Part shown: piece by piece, positions 6,759-8,172 of the stretch
Layout: every line of letters begins with the position of its first letter
How positions within the stretch are numbered: the stretch's first letter is position 1
Assembly (NCBI GenBank): GCA_964510585.1
Contig: CAZECW010000166.1
Coordinates: forward strand, 1-8,172
Direction of reading: 5' to 3'
Length of the DNA: 8,172 nt
Source of the DNA: an uncultured archaeon
GTDB taxonomy: Archaea; Asgardarchaeota; Jordiarchaeia; Jordiarchaeales; Jordiarchaeaceae
Position numbers and translations under genes: made by a program
The notes under the pieces: model-generated
Database searches by the model: none
Told to the model about the DNA's origin: nothing
The model's input: the letters and a program-made list of their open reading frames with translations, nothing else

Positions 6759-7652
6759 TTAATCCACTTCCGTTCCTTGGAACAGATAGGTGCTCACCAG
6801 AAGCATTGCCGCAGTGAATCCTATAAGAATCAGAAAGTCGATTGTGAGAGGCATTGTTCCCCCAATTCCCACTAGTGTGGTTCTAAGAGCGTCCACTCCA
6901 TAAGTCAACGGGTCTAGGTATGCAATGCTCTGAACCCAACTGGGAAATGAACTCAGAGGGAATAGTGCGCCAGACAGGAAGAAAAGCGGAAACACTATGA
7001 AATTCATTATCAGCATGAAGCCCTGAAAATCGGTCATCTTTGCAGCGAAAGCCACGCCAAGCCCCACGAAGCCCATGGATATGAGCATCATAAATACCAC
7101 AGACAGGCTAAGACCCGCCGGGCCACTAATATTAACTCCCATTGGAATTGAAATTCCCAAAATTAAGAGGCCCTGCATTATGGCAGTAGTCACCCCGCCC
7201 AGCGTTCTTCCCATAGCTATCGAAAGCCTGCTCACCGGCGCCACCATAACTTCCTTCAAGAAACCGAACTCCCTGTCAAAAAGAATACTCATCCCAGCAA
7301 CCATAGAGGCGAAAAGCAGGATCATACCAATAATACCAGGACTCAGAAAAGAAAGATAATTCAAACCAAACTTCTGCGCCAACACACCAGCCAAATACTG
7401 CGCCCCATAATATGCGACATACTCGTTAAAACCCCAAAAAGAACGCAAAACTTCCTCCAAATAATTCGCTATAAACGCAGAGGAGGGAATACCAGGAATC
7501 TGAAAACTCTGGAAACCCATCCCCATAAAAGCCAAAAAGAATGCGGGCATAGCAACCATTCCAACAACCCTACTCCAAGACCTGAAGAACTTCTTCATCT
7601 CACGCAACCACATAACATACACAGCCTGCAACTCCAAAGTCCTCTTCACCAC
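6759..7652 (-). CDS. ABC-2 type transporter permease (DrrB/NodJ-like, COG0842), 297 aa
   Basis: WLREMKKFFRS start, NYLSFLSPGIIGM, DREFGFLKEVMVAPVSR, PLFFLSGALFPL...LPSW-like segment and DPLTYGVDALR, with about six hydrophobic segments. GTG start at 7652 (or 7649). Confidence 0.93.
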   Translation of the reverse strand: MVKRTLELQAVYVMWLREMKKFFRSWSRVVGMVAMPAFFLAFMGMGFQSFQIPGIPSSAFIANYLEEVLRSFWGFNEYVAYYGAQYLAGVLAQKFGLNYLSFLSPGIIGMILLFASMVAGMSILFDREFGFLKEVMVAPVSRLSIAMGRTLGGVTTAIMQGLLILGISIPMGVNISGPAGLSLSVVFMMLISMGFVGLGVAFAAKMTDFQGFMLIMNFIVFPLFFLSGALFPLSSFPSWVQSIAYLDPLTYGVDALRTTLVGIGGTMPLTIDFLILIGFTAAMLLVSTYLFQGTEVD

Positions 7653-7654
7653 TC

Positions 7655-7662
7655 ATCACCCC
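7655..7662 (-). promoter_or_regulatory. Archaeal-type Shine-Dalgarno GGGGTGAT upstream of the permease
   Basis: Minus strand GGGGTGAT lies 2 nt before GTG 7652 and 5 nt before GTG 7649. Confidence 0.45.
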
Positions 7663-7693
7663 AAAATACACTTTAACCAAACCTTTCTCAACA

Positions 7694-7977
7694 CTAACTT
7701 TTTCTACGCATACTCCTAACCCGCTCCCTCATCAAAGCCCTATTTCCTCCATCCTCATCCCTAATGCTTCTTCCAGTGTACTGGAGAAAAACATCCTCCA
7801 AGGTGGGCTCCCTGAGACTCACCGACCTAATCCGCGTCCCCGCCCTCTGAGCCAAATTAACAAGCTCCGGTATTCTGGTTTCACCCTGCCGCACATTAAG
7901 ATCAATTATCCCATCATGTTCACTTATCTTCTTAACCCACTCCAAACCCTTCAACTGTTCAAAAAACCTTTCCTTAC
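7694..7977 (-). pseudogene. 3' fragment (93 codons + stop) of an ABC transporter ATP-binding gene (DrrA-like C-terminal domain), interrupted by an IS insertion
   Basis: KERFFEQLKGLEWVKKISEHDG...SVSLREPTLEDVFLQYTGRSIRDE matches the DrrA-type C-terminal signature (P-T/S-LEDVF-x-x-x-TG). It lies directly upstream of its permease. Similarity stops at 7977, and the frame closes with TGA at 8134-8132 with no Walker motifs. Confidence 0.85.
7974..7977 (+). other. TTAC target/left cleavage tetranucleotide of the IS200/IS605 insertion
   Basis: TTAC sits exactly where protein similarity ends, 14 nt before the AAAG guide. TTAC/AAAG is the established target/guide pair of IS608. Confidence 0.75.
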
Positions 7978-8172
7978 AAAACCTTGGCGAGAAAGCCCCC
8001 GACTTTAGTCGTGGGGATGAATCGCCAGAAAGGACTTTTTCGGGCTTAGCGTGATTAGATGGGTTCTGCGTGGAGGATTCTTGGACGGATAAAATACTTT
8101 CTCTCTTGTTTAAGGTGACAGAATGCAGCAATCATTCCCTTAACGCGACCCAGCACCGTCACCGTCCTAAAG
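7978..8172 (+). mobile_element. Left end of an IS200/IS605-family element (or non-autonomous derivative), running off the window
   Basis: TTAC | AAAACCTTGGCGAG AAAG CCCC-CGAC-TTTA-GTCG-T-GGGG. The AAAG guide is at 7992-7995 and the imperfect hairpin with a bulged T at 7996-8016. An outer stem GGCGA (7986-7990) pairs with TCGCC (8022-8026). No TnpA/TnpB coding sequence is recognisable. Confidence 0.85.

Noticed and set aside
7075-7359. 94-aa plus-strand ORF
   Set aside because: It is an antisense shadow of the ABC permease.
7694-8131. The 145-aa ORF as an intact gene
   Set aside because: It is a chimera: the first 52 codons come from the IS end and only the last 93 are DrrA-like, with no nucleotide-binding domain.
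8055-8171. Minus-strand open frame ending ...ERKYFIRPRILHAEPI* as the TnpA C-terminus
   Set aside because: It sits where a divergent tnpA would end, but lacks the W-x-x-x-Y...Y-I-x-x-Q signature of Y1 transposases.
7978-8172. IStron (self-splicing IS605/group I intron hybrid)
   Set aside because: The element's top strand is antisense to the host gene, and no group I intron core is recognisable in the visible part.

Overview
Archaeal-looking window, inferred from TATA/BRE-type promoters, a GGGGTGAT ribosome-binding motif, T-tract terminators and an A/V-type ATPase subunit. An Asgard-like lineage is plausible but unproven. The left part holds a stand-alone A/V-type ATPase subunit I/a gene (237-2720 +) with eukaryote-like channel residues, a ~120-aa loop insertion and a C-terminal tail. 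The middle (2721-4501) is ~1.8 kb of AT-rich, mostly non-coding DNA with one 99-aa two-helix membrane protein gene. That gene is bracketed by a diverged ~80-nt direct repeat, and a second motif family (GCAGCGGYAAT-TAAACATATGG) occurs nearby in both orientations. The right part, on the minus strand and GC-richer, has a coupled MoxR AAA+ ATPase/VWA gene pair and an ABC-2 (DrrB-like) permease. It ends with the 3' remnant of the partner ABC ATPase gene, cut at a TTAC site by the left end of an IS200/IS605-family element with IS608-like architecture. No transposase, rRNA, tRNA or CRISPR array is visible.
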